48,987 nucleotides of DNA. It comes from a virus. Of this stretch, positions 9,467-19,481 are shown in pieces. Each line of letters begins with the position of its first letter. Position 1 is the first letter of the stretch. The notes under the pieces were generated by a model. That model was not told the DNA's origin, did not search any database, and saw nothing but the letters and a program-made list of their open reading frames with translations. The position numbers were made by a program, and so were the translations under genes. The DNA lies in IMG/VR virus record IMGVR_UViG_3300020202_000018, positions 1 through 48,987 of that record. One strand, written 5' to 3'.

Positions 9467-10136
9467 GTGTTTCTCCTACTAAGGCGCTGATATAACAACT
9501 TCCAACCAATAGATTAAAGTTTTCTCCCAGGAAGTACTCATTTGCCGGATTCATATCACTAAGGTCTGTAGTAGGATCGTCAACAATTTGAAACGAAGTA
9601 AATGTCTTTCCAGGACTAAACTCTGTCCTTAACTTCTCAATTTTAACCTCTACATCCTTAGTAATATCACTAACAAGGGCATCATTGGTAACAACTCTAA
9701 CCGAAGAATTTACAGTAAAATCCCTGTGACTATTAACGGCTGTTATAGTCCTCCATTCATTTACAGTGGGGAAGAAGATTCTCTGATCTACAAACAATCC
9801 TGTAGTCGAGTCTACTTTTACAGTGGTACCAGTTGAATCTTCTCTTGCTCTTAGTCTTATTTCATTGGACTCATTTTCGATTAGAAAAATTTCGATTGGG
9901 ATACTTTGACACATATTAGCCTGACCCCAATCTGCTCTTTCTGAGGGAAAAACTCTAACGACTATCCAAGGAGCCTTTAGACCGTTAAATCCTAACTTTT
10001 CATATTGCTGTACCAAAGACCTCCAATCAAATCTTATGAATTTAGTGGCCTTTGTAACAACTATATCGTATTCCAGATTTAGAACACTTACAATTTTTGC
10101 TCTTACTTCATCTACTATTGGAGTTGTTAGGATCAT
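9459..10136 (-). CDS. Hypothetical structural-module protein
   Basis: 225-aa ORF with overlapping start and stop to its neighbours. Confidence 0.6.
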   Translation of the reverse strand: MILTTPIVDEVRAKIVSVLNLEYDIVVTKATKFIRFDWRSLVQQYEKLGFNGLKAPWIVVRVFPSERADWGQANMCQSIPIEIFLIENESNEIRLRAREDSTGTTVKVDSTTGLFVDQRIFFPTVNEWRTITAVNSHRDFTVNSSVRVVTNDALVSDITKDVEVKIEKLRTEFSPGKTFTSFQIVDDPTTDLSDMNPANEYFLGENFNLLVGSCYISALVGETLA

Positions 10137-10540
10137 ACAAAGGTTGGCCTCGTTATAGTTTTTACCTTTACGATTAACTTATTTGCTCTCCAATGTTTGG
10201 GTTCTGGATCACCCTCCACTTGATAAAATTTACCGTAGTCTGGATGATTTTCTACGAGAAATCTAATTACCCAGTTCACTCCTATTACTTGGTCCAGTGG
10301 GAAGTGGAATTCATCCAACAGGCTAGTAGTATTTTGCCTTAGTCTTTTTCCATAAAACTCACCAGTGGCAAATTCCGGAGCGGTAACCCTACAACAGTTA
10401 ACACAAGCAAAATCTGGAGTGGAGCTGTATCGCAGAGAGTTTATTTCATTATTTAGAAGTGCCAGGCCGCCAATTTCAATAGGGGAATGAAGATCAACAA
10501 CATCTGTATATCTAGTTAGCTGTCTTTCACTTAGTGACAT
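10133..10540 (-). CDS. Putative head-tail adaptor / head closure protein
   Basis: 135 aa, called from position in the connector module only. Confidence 0.35.
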   Translation of the reverse strand: MSLSERQLTRYTDVVDLHSPIEIGGLALLNNEINSLRYSSTPDFACVNCCRVTAPEFATGEFYGKRLRQNTTSLLDEFHFPLDQVIGVNWVIRFLVENHPDYGKFYQVEGDPEPKHWRANKLIVKVKTITRPTFV

Positions 10541-10541
10541 A

Positions 10542-11216
10542 TTACACCAGCGGCTTGGCTTGCTTTCTAAAGATTAATCCAGAAGGTCTCTTGTATAGTT
10601 TAATTGTTCCTTTGTAATCCATTACAGAACTAAAGAACTTAAATGGGTCCATGTAGTTCCGTACTTCAGAAACATCTGCTTCCTGCCACTTAATTAGGTA
10701 TCCCTGTGTCTTAAATAGGGACATATTAATTACGATCCCAGAAGCCTGGTAAACAATAGCTTGCCACACATCATCTGGTACAGTAGACGCAAATCCCCAC
10801 AATGCAGTAATTTTTACATTCGATCTTCCTGCTGGGAATCTATCTATCCACATAGAAGGCAAGGATGGAATAGAGCCCTTATAGATTTGAATACGATTAA
10901 TAGGATATCCAGACCTTTCTACGGCTGCATAATTTGAAAGAGTCAACGCATTAGTGATCCCATACCAACCTACTAATTCTACAGTAGACAGGGTGACGAA
11001 ATCATCTACTTCAATCATACCAGAATTATTACCATCAAAATATCTGGTTTCACTCACAGGAACAAATGTTCTATGAGTTCTGTTTTTGAAGTTAGTAATT
11101 ACTGCGTCTAATACATTTTGCTGTACGACATTAGAAATGTGCGTGCCTATAGTAACTCCCATAGCAGTTGCTACGGCAGATATATCAGTTACTGTAGGCA
11201 TTGCAGTTTTAGACAT
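10542..11216 (-). CDS. Putative head-tail connector protein
   Basis: 224 aa, called from position downstream of the capsid genes only. Confidence 0.35.
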   Translation of the reverse strand: MSKTAMPTVTDISAVATAMGVTIGTHISNVVQQNVLDAVITNFKNRTHRTFVPVSETRYFDGNNSGMIEVDDFVTLSTVELVGWYGITNALTLSNYAAVERSGYPINRIQIYKGSIPSLPSMWIDRFPAGRSNVKITALWGFASTVPDDVWQAIVYQASGIVINMSLFKTQGYLIKWQEADVSEVRNYMDPFKFFSSVMDYKGTIKLYKRPSGLIFRKQAKPLV

Positions 11217-12447
11217 ACTGATCCTTTATCCTGTTGATAACTGTTTCAATTGGTTCTTTCCAAGAACCTCTAATAGTTTGCTTTACTAACTGTACATCTT
11301 CGTAAAGATAGGAAGAGCCTTTACCGTCTGCCCATCTCCACTCATGTATGTAAGGAAGTAGGAGATAAGTCTTTTTTCCTAAAGCTCCTGCTAGGTGAGC
11401 AATAAAACTGTCGATCGTTACTACAACATCGAGCTCGGATATAATTGCAGCGGTGTAATCCGCATTAATCATTCCATCGTGAAGAGCCATTAGTTCCATT
11501 CCCTCTGGAACACTACACTGTACGTCTTTTTGCAATGCAACCAATGGACCAAATTGCTTCAGTGGTTCGAAATCGTCTAATTTAGCTGATCTATTCTTAT
11601 CGTTAGAATGTCCAGGGTTTCCTTGCCAACAAATTCCAATTTTTGGACCTTTAGTGTTTAAGGATGCAAAACTTTGTTTGAATCTTTCCCTTACTTTATT
11701 ATCCGCTACTAGATACCTTCGTTTACCGTCCATATCATCTTCGGTACAGATTCCTAGATTATAAGGAAGGTCTGCTAGAGAACAATGGTAATCATAGTGG
11801 AAAGGGATGTGGAAATCAGACCTGTGTGCGATTACATCATCTACATTATTTTTATTATTGTAGAACAGAGTATAAAGCTCAGGATTACATTCCAAAATTA
11901 TTCGCTTAAACCCAAATGTTCCCTTTATCTGTTTAAGAAATCGGAAGAACATTATCTGGTCACCTAGACCCTGTTCACCCCATACAAATAGAGTGCTATT
12001 GTGTTTGTTCTTAATATTAAAGTTCCATTCAGGCTCCAAAGTTCTTATATGACCTGGAGTATGTACCTTTCTCCATCTATACATATTCCAACCCACTGCA
12101 AAATTTTTATTTTGCAGCTGCCAAAGAGCATAGTTCCAGTTTAGGCTGGGACAGTCATGACTGTGGTTTCTTCCTTCTTTTAATGATTCTCCTGCTTGTT
12201 CATGATATCCCATATTAGACAAAACCGCGGCTTTGGTTACATACACTCCTGCATTAGTGGGGTTGAAACCAATTGCTTTATTAGCGTAATAAAGTGCCTC
12301 GTCAAATTCCTCTTTGTACAGGAGTATAGCAGCCTTAACAATATAGGCATCTGGGTTTTCTGGATTCTGTACAATAGACTCCTCAATAAATGGTTCACAT
12401 TGAATCAGTTTTTGAGGATTGTTAAGATCACTAACTGGAAGTTTCAT
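11209..12447 (-). CDS. TPR-repeat glycosyltransferase (GT9/GT41-like)
   Basis: N-terminal TPR-like repeats. GEQGLGDQIMFFRF and IDSFIAHLAGALGKKTYLLLPYIHEWRW match the signatures of bacterial TPR-GT9/SPINDLY-like transferases. Confidence 0.7.
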   Translation of the reverse strand: MKLPVSDLNNPQKLIQCEPFIEESIVQNPENPDAYIVKAAILLYKEEFDEALYYANKAIGFNPTNAGVYVTKAAVLSNMGYHEQAGESLKEGRNHSHDCPSLNWNYALWQLQNKNFAVGWNMYRWRKVHTPGHIRTLEPEWNFNIKNKHNSTLFVWGEQGLGDQIMFFRFLKQIKGTFGFKRIILECNPELYTLFYNNKNNVDDVIAHRSDFHIPFHYDYHCSLADLPYNLGICTEDDMDGKRRYLVADNKVRERFKQSFASLNTKGPKIGICWQGNPGHSNDKNRSAKLDDFEPLKQFGPLVALQKDVQCSVPEGMELMALHDGMINADYTAAIISELDVVVTIDSFIAHLAGALGKKTYLLLPYIHEWRWADGKGSSYLYEDVQLVKQTIRGSWKEPIETVINRIKDQYV

Positions 12448-12458
12448 AGTATTTATTA

Positions 12459-12484
12459 GGGTGCTAGGAAAAGACCTAGCACCC
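12459..12484 (-). terminator. Hairpin downstream of the capsid/decoration genes, possibly a partial terminator
   Basis: gggtgctagg-aaaaga-cctagcaccc forms a 10-bp perfect stem. The following U-tract on the minus strand is weak. Confidence 0.45.
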
Positions 12485-12493
12485 GTATTTAAT

Positions 12494-12859
12494 TTACGGC
12501 TTTGCGATTCCTAGATCACAAAGATAAGCGATAGATGGGCTAAGGGAAGCGGCACCAGCAACTTCCATATAAGCTCTAATGTATCTCTTCTGGGTCTCAA
12601 AAGAAACAAACATTAGCTTACTAGCCGCAGAGGTCGTAGAGGTAATCGGGGAAGTAGCACCAACATCGTAAAATGTAGTATTATCTTCGCTTTCTTGAAT
12701 CTTGGGGGTAAAGACATTACCATCACCAGAATAAGAAGAGATTAGAAATCTAGCCTTCATCCCCCTTCTTGGGGTACCAGTTTTTAGATCGTAACCAGTA
12801 CCACCAAAAGAAGCAGTTTTAGTAACTAGAGTTTGCAGGATATTTAGCGCGTCGTACAT
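12494..12859 (-). CDS. Putative capsid decoration / accessory head protein
   Basis: 121 aa directly after the major capsid gene. Contains the S/T patch TSPITSTTSAAS. Confidence 0.35.
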   Translation of the reverse strand: MYDALNILQTLVTKTASFGGTGYDLKTGTPRRGMKARFLISSYSGDGNVFTPKIQESEDNTTFYDVGATSPITSTTSAASKLMFVSFETQKRYIRAYMEVAGAASLSPSIAYLCDLGIAKP

Positions 12860-12861
12860 AT

Positions 12862-13926
12862 TTAGCTCACCTTAATTCCATAAATTCTGGACATACATCG
12901 GGTGTGCATGGGAAGCAAACCAAATGCCCAGTCAACCAGAATCCTGGCAGTAATACCCTGGCCACCAATAAGGCCAAGATCCTTTACAGAATTAGCCAAA
13001 GTATCAAACTGCCAGCCAATAAGACGCTCTTCGCCGAAACAAGCGGCGTAAATTGAAGTATGAGTAGAAGCACCATTAAGACCAGCAGCAGTCTCGGTAT
13101 TAGTAATAATACGAGTAGACTGGTCAGCCTTTCTACCAATATCTACAATTCTAGCGTTCTTATAAGTAGTAATTCCACGATCGTAAGCGTCACGTACAAC
13201 GTTCCAACCAGAACCACCACCAAGAAGTCTGAGTGCCCTTTCCCAACGTCTCTTCATAAGATCGTTGAGATAGAATACAACACCATCGCCTTCCGGTCTT
13301 CCCATATAATCCAAAACAGTTTGAACGTGTTCAAGGAAGTTATTAGCAGTCGCTTCGGTCATACCGCTCTGAGTCATATCAACTGCACTTGCATTGATCT
13401 TCAATTCAGAAGCAACTCCAAACGTGGAAGGATTATCAAGTCGATATCTAATACCAGTGAAAGCATCATCTTCACCAGAAATAGGATCGTTATTGATAAA
13501 CTTATCGTTGAAGTCGTAGGTAACAGACTGAAGATAGGCATCAAACTGAGCGGCCCTAGGATCCACAATTTGATTCTTGTCTTCCATAATCTTAACATCG
13601 CAGTCGATAGCATTTCTCATAAGAAACGCTTGTTCAGAGTAAGCCGTTGGCTTACCCTTAACCACGGTAAGATCAGAGTTAAGTTTGGCCCAGTTAACTC
13701 CAGGAAGATTATCCTGCCACCTAACACCCTGTGCCTGCATAGTCTTATCAGTAACGATAGGAATATCAGCAAACACGGCACCATTCATAAGCAAAGACTT
13801 AGTAATCATCATTACTAGTGGATCATTGCTCATAATGGCATAGTCGGCCAAAGTAATAGCGTTCGAGTCTACACCGATGAGAGTTTGATGTAGACCTACA
13901 TTTAGGTTAATCGTTCTTTTGTTCAT
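12862..13926 (-). CDS. Major capsid protein
   Basis: 354 aa, after the scaffold-like gene, GGAG SD, distinct higher-GC codon usage. The antisense strand carries a long spurious ORF, as is typical of strongly biased genes. Confidence 0.7.
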   Translation of the reverse strand: MNKRTINLNVGLHQTLIGVDSNAITLADYAIMSNDPLVMMITKSLLMNGAVFADIPIVTDKTMQAQGVRWQDNLPGVNWAKLNSDLTVVKGKPTAYSEQAFLMRNAIDCDVKIMEDKNQIVDPRAAQFDAYLQSVTYDFNDKFINNDPISGEDDAFTGIRYRLDNPSTFGVASELKINASAVDMTQSGMTEATANNFLEHVQTVLDYMGRPEGDGVVFYLNDLMKRRWERALRLLGGGSGWNVVRDAYDRGITTYKNARIVDIGRKADQSTRIITNTETAAGLNGASTHTSIYAACFGEERLIGWQFDTLANSVKDLGLIGGQGITARILVDWAFGLLPMHTRCMSRIYGIKVS

Positions 13927-13986
13927 TGCAATCTCCGAATCAAACCCTCTTATTAACGGATAAGGCCCGTGTCCTTCACTGTGAAT

Positions 13987-14571
13987 TTATTGAGTTGTCT
14001 TTCCAGTATCAATCTTTGGTAGAGCTTGACTCCAGTTAACTTTCTTAGGATCAAGTTTACTGTCAGGATTAGCAGATGGATCTGTTTTAGTTGGATTCGT
14101 GATACTACCTGCATTAATATCCGCAAGGCCAAAAGTCTTAAATGCACTTTCTAGTTTAGAAAGAGATGCAACAGGGTCACCATCTACAAAAGCAAGTTCC
14201 CTAACTCCTGCTCTTTTGTCCTCTGGAAGTGCATTAATTCTAGATTCAAATTGACTACTAATAAATTCAGATAGAGTTTTATTGCGGTCAACTACAGGAT
14301 TAATGGATTCCAGCTTAGTTGTCAATTCTCGAACTTGCTTAGCGAGATCCTCCCTTTCTGCTTGGAGTCTCTCAATGTCTCCCATTTGAGAACGTTTAAG
14401 CGCCTCAAGTTCGCCATTAATTCTTCCTAGGTCTTCTTTGTATTTCTTGGCGTCATTTTGAGCTGCTTCAAGTGCTTCTCTAAGTTCCTTAATTGTGGAA
14501 TTTTCACCCTCTCCGATAAAAACCAACTTAGTGGGTGGAGTGAGGATTAGCCTAAGACTATCTCTTTTCAT
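13987..14571 (-). CDS. Scaffolding protein
   Basis: 194 aa, charged coiled-coil sequence (ELREALEAAQNDAKKYKEDL...), between portal and capsid genes. Confidence 0.55.
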   Translation of the reverse strand: MKRDSLRLILTPPTKLVFIGEGENSTIKELREALEAAQNDAKKYKEDLGRINGELEALKRSQMGDIERLQAEREDLAKQVRELTTKLESINPVVDRNKTLSEFISSQFESRINALPEDKRAGVRELAFVDGDPVASLSKLESAFKTFGLADINAGSITNPTKTDPSANPDSKLDPKKVNWSQALPKIDTGKTTQ

Positions 14572-14902
14572 AATTATCTCCTCTTACACAAACAAAACCT
14601 TGATATTCATTAGACCAATAAAGAACTATAATATCAAATCCAGGATTAATTAAATCCTTTCTAATATCCATTAGGGTTTTGTTGTCGTATGCATAGACCT
14701 TAGTTTGAGTATAAAAGGGGTAACCCAATACTACAGGCCATTCTTTCTCTCCAACCCACTTATAAGTTCCTTCTCCCTTAACCAGTTCAAGTGGTGGTAC
14801 GTTAATTTCGATTTCTGCAACCTTGCCCTCTGATCTAAATTTTTCAAAAAAAGATACGTATTGAGAGGGATCAGGAAGAAGAACTTTTTCATTCTGCGTC
14901 AT
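14558..14902 (-). CDS. Hypothetical protein. Its start is probably the internal ATG at 14902, not 15016.
   Basis: ORF 14558..15016 overlaps the portal 3' end by 128 nt. Using Met39 reduces the overlap to 14 nt. Confidence 0.5.
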   Translation of the reverse strand: MTQNEKVLLPDPSQYVSFFEKFRSEGKVAEIEINVPPLELVKGEGTYKWVGEKEWPVVLGYPFYTQTKVYAYDNKTLMDIRKDLINPGFDIIVLYWSNEYQGFVCVRGDNYEKR

Positions 14903-16463
14903 TAATTGCGGTTCCTCGTTTTTGGACTCTTGATTGATTTGATCCTGGGGTTCTTGGCTTGTTTCCTGGGGACTGCCCGTCAGAAAGTTGCTCACGTTGA
15001 CGTTTAAGTCTGTCATTTACTTTCTCCTCAATTTCAGATATTTCACTATCGGTTAAATCAAAACCTTCCATGTCAGCAATAGCTTTAATTGCCCTCTTTG
15101 GAACAGTAACCTCTGCATCAATTTCTCTACTGAGTCTATCAAATGTAGCGAGTTTTTCATCTTCAGACTGCATAAACTGACTAAACCATGTAAGGCTGAA
15201 ATCTAGCTTTTCGTCTGTAATATCTTCAATACCTTTAACCTTATTAAAGGGTGAAACTCCTAGATTTGACAGACCTAAAACTATACTTTGCAGCAAAAGT
15301 ATAATTCCATTCGGTCCGTAATTCTTTTGTTTTTCTCCTATAACTTCTAACATAGGAGCATACATTTGAATAAGAACAGATTGAGTAAGAGAACCTTTAT
15401 TAGTAATATGTTCTTGTCTAGGAAAAACAGCTCCGGTTGCATCAAACAGCTGTTGCTTCAACTCATTACAATAGATGTTTAGTTGCTCTCTAATAGCTCC
15501 ACTAGTTTCTAAAAGTTGTACCTTTCCCTGCCTAGAAGAACCATCGTCTGATTCAACAGTCTGCAAATCAATCTGAGTTCCAGGATGAGATGGAAAATCA
15601 GGATTGTCACCATCTTTTGGTTCAAGGTCAATATAGATAGTCCTAGGATCAATATCTAATTGATTAGACCTATCCATTAAATGATAGGTGAGATTAATCC
15701 TGTCAATAGTGGGAAAGAGGCCAAAAAGGTCCCCTACTCCAAATTCAGTTCCATTAGATTGATTCTGGATCGGAATTATAGGAATTAACCCAAATCTATT
15801 TGGGGACTGTCTTTTTACCTTCCAATTGACTGTTGTATCAATATCAGGGAATACAGGAGCGCCAAGAAATACGTAAGGATTCTTGTCATTAATTCTGAAG
15901 TTTTCAATTTTGATAGGTTCATATTCAATATATAGGTCATTAGTCCATTCTTCTCTGTACCAAAACCAATTTCCAGTATCCAAACTTTGAAATGGATACT
16001 GAACACGGGCCATTATTAGCTCTTCTTTATTGTGAGGATTATAAAAGAATTTAACATGGTCAACATTAGAGAGAACCTGAAGTCTTAGTGGTACCTTGTC
16101 CTTACTATTATAAGAAAACTTAATAGATACGGAACCCTCTTGTCCTCCCTTCTTGGCCAATGGAACGAGTTTAATGTCCATTTTATTAAGCTTCCAAAAA
16201 CGCTTCAATTCTTTTTCAATTTCATCGTTTCCTGGAAACCTAAAACTAATTTGTTTTCCAAATAACCAAATGGCCGATCTGTTAATAATAGACATAGAAA
16301 ACGGAAGGCACCTAGGATATGGTCCTAGTTCCTCCAGTTTCCACTTTTCAAATCCGTACCACGGATATGGATTCATATCGTAATACGCGCGACTCTGTAG
16401 AGCTTGACGCGAATACGACAGCCAACCCGGTGGAAGGATTTTAAAGTTAAATTTGGCCATCAT
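14889..16463 (-). CDS. Portal protein
   Basis: 524 aa, downstream of TerL and upstream of scaffold and capsid, with an acidic C-terminal region. Confidence 0.7.
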   Translation of the reverse strand: MMAKFNFKILPPGWLSYSRQALQSRAYYDMNPYPWYGFEKWKLEELGPYPRCLPFSMSIINRSAIWLFGKQISFRFPGNDEIEKELKRFWKLNKMDIKLVPLAKKGGQEGSVSIKFSYNSKDKVPLRLQVLSNVDHVKFFYNPHNKEELIMARVQYPFQSLDTGNWFWYREEWTNDLYIEYEPIKIENFRINDKNPYVFLGAPVFPDIDTTVNWKVKRQSPNRFGLIPIIPIQNQSNGTEFGVGDLFGLFPTIDRINLTYHLMDRSNQLDIDPRTIYIDLEPKDGDNPDFPSHPGTQIDLQTVESDDGSSRQGKVQLLETSGAIREQLNIYCNELKQQLFDATGAVFPRQEHITNKGSLTQSVLIQMYAPMLEVIGEKQKNYGPNGIILLLQSIVLGLSNLGVSPFNKVKGIEDITDEKLDFSLTWFSQFMQSEDEKLATFDRLSREIDAEVTVPKRAIKAIADMEGFDLTDSEISEIEEKVNDRLKRQREQLSDGQSPGNKPRTPGSNQSRVQKRGTAINDAE

Positions 16464-16529
16464 GTATATGATGACATAGACGTTGGATTTTCAGCTGGTA
16501 TTTTTACTAGTTTGTAAACCCGGGCTAGA

Positions 16530-17030
16530 TTAGAATCCTATTTCTAAAGCCCGTAAAATTCTAGGCTTTTCCCATTCTCGCTTAAAGATTGGAATTATAG
16601 TAGTTACTTTATATTCAGAAAGTTCTTTCTTATCAACCAGTGGGGATGGGTCCAGGACTTCCTTACCAGTCCAAAATACGGCGTGCTCTACTCCTTTAAA
16701 TTCTGTTTCTACAGACATAAAGCACGGAAAATTTTCTAGATCAACAGTAAAGTTGAGTTGAGTATTTGTAGTTAGTCCAGTAGTTCCTTCGTCCAATCTT
16801 AAGTGGGGGAGGCAACAAAATCCGTGGGCTAACATAAAAATCCCAAATTCACTATCATAAATAAACTCTCCAAATGGAACAACTAAATAATCATAAACGT
16901 ATTCTATTGAACATTTAACAATAGAAGCTGCTACGCACGCAACACAAGTTTTGGCACCTGGATGCTGCTTAATAATAGTGGATGGAACCCAGCTAAGGTC
17001 CTCTGAAAAAGTGGGAATGGGATTTGTCAT
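16530..17030 (-). CDS. Hypothetical protein, possibly a papain-like (C39-like) cysteine peptidase
   Basis: 166 aa. GAKTCVACVAAS (candidate catalytic Cys) and a later VEHAVFW (candidate His). The motif match is weak. Confidence 0.3.
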   Translation of the reverse strand: MTNPIPTFSEDLSWVPSTIIKQHPGAKTCVACVAASIVKCSIEYVYDYLVVPFGEFIYDSEFGIFMLAHGFCCLPHLRLDEGTTGLTTNTQLNFTVDLENFPCFMSVETEFKGVEHAVFWTGKEVLDPSPLVDKKELSEYKVTTIIPIFKREWEKPRILRALEIGF

Positions 17031-18760
17031 AGAATTCTTCCTACTCTTTTTAATGATTTACCGGTTATGATTCTTGATTTCCGCTTATTGGTGATTTTTT
17101 GTTCTAAATTATTAAACTCAACGTCTGTTAAAACTGCTGCGCCAAGTGCCAGTGAAAGAACCTTGTCATCATGATGTCCAGAAAGAGCGCCTAATTTACC
17201 TCCAGGGAGCTTTGCAAACGTTAGCATCTGCTTCAGTCCTCTTTTATCTTTAATATTAAGTGATCCGTCACTAGTTACAGTATACAGTGCGCCTAAAGCG
17301 ATAGCCTTAGTTTTTACATTGTTTGGGTATCCAGGCTTTAAAGTAGATTGCTTAGACTTTCTGGTTGAGTCATAATCTCTGTGTGCATAGACACCGCTAT
17401 ATCCTTCCATAGAAGGATAGCCATAGTGGTTAATAAGATTAGTTAGAACTGCATGTCCATGATTATTTCTTTCTACTACAATTAGAGCGTTATTATACCA
17501 TTTTCCTAATTCGTAAAGTAAGCCTGCATATTCAAACGGCTCCCATCTTCCATGTAATACTCCAACTTGTTCCCAAGTTTCCACGTCTATAATGTCACTT
17601 GAACAATAGTCATGGAGATCGTCAGTATTGATTCCTTCTGACGGGTCAGCAGTAATTATATATCTATGACCAGACTGCGGCGCTACCCAAATATCAAATT
17701 GGTTTCTTGGGTTGTCTCGAACGCGGCGTAAATTACTCGCCCACAGTGGGGGGAGAATTTCTCTCCACTCATTAGGAGTTCTGGGGATTAACTCATTAAT
17801 AATTTTATTATTATCAAAATAAGTTGACCCCGTAATCATAAATGCTTCGTCTGGATTGCAGGGATATTCTTGTGGGAATGTACCTACGTTCTCTCCTGAC
17901 TTCATTGCATTCTTCAACTCAAGAATCTTATTCCTGCGCCAAATTAATTGCTGATCGTCAAGATTGTACCTTTGAGCTAGTTCTTCCTCTTCAGAGTCTC
18001 TAACAAATACACCCCCACCAACTAAAGAGTCAGCTCTATATCCAGGTTCCAAAAACCAAGGGTAAAATCTGTCCTTAAAGATTGATTTCCCTGATCCTGC
18101 GTCTTGGTATTCTTTATAGAAATAATTACCAATCCCGTTTGCAGTGCTTTCTAGGAAGATATTACCATCTTGTGGGATAGACTGCATAATACCACTAATA
18201 AGCGGACCTGCATCTTCCCAGAATGCAACTTCACTTCCGTGGAGGTTATTAATAGTGCTTCCACGTCCCACTTTCTTTGAACCTGCCCATCCTACTGCAA
18301 AATAAGAGTCAATTTGAGGCCACCAGAGCTCAGTTTTACTATCAGTTCCTAGCTTGAGCTTTTTATTTTCTGGCAGGTTATCATAGAAACGCTTAACCAT
18401 TTGGAATAGGCGCTTGGAATTATCTTCGTCTTGAGCTATGATAATACTTTGAGTGTTTGGAATATTAATAGTATCCTCAAACATTCTTGCGGCTATTCTA
18501 GTGGAAAAGCCCATCTGTCGAGCCTTTAGAATTATCTCACGATTTCCTCTAAACGGCTCTATTAGATTAGGATTGTCCCTCGAATACAGTGTCTGTGCTG
18601 TATTCGGCGTCAATGTAATCAGATTCCGATCCTTCGTCCGAATCTTCAGGTCCGTTATTAGGACTCTCGGTGTTTTCGTTGGGTCCCTTAATATGTCGTT
18701 CGTAATTTCTAGTAATGATTGAACCAAATTCCCTTCTAATTTTTTCCCTCTGCGCTCCAT
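17027..18760 (-). CDS. terL: Terminase large subunit
   Basis: 577 aa. Walker-A-like KARQMGFST, and a C-terminal nuclease-like region with conserved acidic residues. Position is upstream of the portal. Confidence 0.85.
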   Translation of the reverse strand: MERRGKKLEGNLVQSLLEITNDILRDPTKTPRVLITDLKIRTKDRNLITLTPNTAQTLYSRDNPNLIEPFRGNREIILKARQMGFSTRIAARMFEDTINIPNTQSIIIAQDEDNSKRLFQMVKRFYDNLPENKKLKLGTDSKTELWWPQIDSYFAVGWAGSKKVGRGSTINNLHGSEVAFWEDAGPLISGIMQSIPQDGNIFLESTANGIGNYFYKEYQDAGSGKSIFKDRFYPWFLEPGYRADSLVGGGVFVRDSEEEELAQRYNLDDQQLIWRRNKILELKNAMKSGENVGTFPQEYPCNPDEAFMITGSTYFDNNKIINELIPRTPNEWREILPPLWASNLRRVRDNPRNQFDIWVAPQSGHRYIITADPSEGINTDDLHDYCSSDIIDVETWEQVGVLHGRWEPFEYAGLLYELGKWYNNALIVVERNNHGHAVLTNLINHYGYPSMEGYSGVYAHRDYDSTRKSKQSTLKPGYPNNVKTKAIALGALYTVTSDGSLNIKDKRGLKQMLTFAKLPGGKLGALSGHHDDKVLSLALGAAVLTDVEFNNLEQKITNKRKSRIITGKSLKRVGRIL

Positions 18761-19481
18761 CAGTTACCTCCTGCATAACAATAGTCAATAGGCATCTTAC
18801 CAAAGTAACTACTTCAGCCTTGAGAACGTAATCATCTGACATTTTACGTCTCTTCATTTCAATATCAAATACTTTGGAGTAACGTTCTACTGACTTTTGA
18901 ATCTCTTCCTCAGCATTTTCGGAATCAGATTTTTCAGATATCATCTTTTTAATATCTGACATAACATCTTTGAGCTTACTGAATTCCAGCTTTGTAATAG
19001 CCTTTTCCATTTGCTCAATTTTAGCCGCCAGGTCACGATTTGCCTTTGCAGCGTGCTCTCCAGCAAGCTGTGGGAGCTTCTTCCTAATAATGTGGGAAAG
19101 GATTGTTAATTCATCATTTAAATCCTTGTGTATCCCATCTTTGCTGATTTGTCTGAATTCTTCTGGGGTTAGGGGAATTATTTTAGAGCCGTATTTACCG
19201 TGTGTTACAGGTCTGCCCTGTTTTGCTCCATGCATTTGGCATCTTCCATTATAATGTCCATCACTACGGGTATATGGTGAATTATGACAGACCCATTGTT
19301 TAAATAGGAACAGTTTATCTGGTTGAACAAGTTCTTCTGGAGAAAGACCTGAAGATTCAAACTCTTCTTTTCCGTGTGCTCTAAACGCTCCGCAAATTAA
19401 TCTACCGTTAACTGGGTCCTTAGTGAACAGTGGGTGGACTCTTGACACCTTTGTAGTGGGAAGGAAATTCTTATCTGCCAT
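18567..19481 (-). CDS. Putative small terminase / DNA-binding protein
   Basis: 304 aa. NGRCQMHGAKQGRPVTHGKYGS resembles the phage HGGxSxGPxTxxGK motif. Coiled-coil centre. Overlaps terL by 194 nt. Confidence 0.4.
   Translation of the reverse strand: MADKNFLPTTKVSRVHPLFTKDPVNGRLICGAFRAHGKEEFESSGLSPEELVQPDKLFLFKQWVCHNSPYTRSDGHYNGRCQMHGAKQGRPVTHGKYGSKIIPLTPEEFRQISKDGIHKDLNDELTILSHIIRKKLPQLAGEHAAKANRDLAAKIEQMEKAITKLEFSKLKDVMSDIKKMISEKSDSENAEEEIQKSVERYSKVFDIEMKRRKMSDDYVLKAEVVTLVRCLLTIVMQEVTDGAQREKIRREFGSIITRNYERHIKGPNENTESPNNGPEDSDEGSESDYIDAEYSTDTVFEGQS

Noticed and set aside
13060-13818. A 252-aa plus-strand ORF antisense to the major capsid gene
   Set aside because: Its composition is low-complexity and Ser/Ile/Asn-rich. 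It lies entirely inside a strongly supported minus-strand gene. A long antisense ORF is the usual artefact of biased codon usage.
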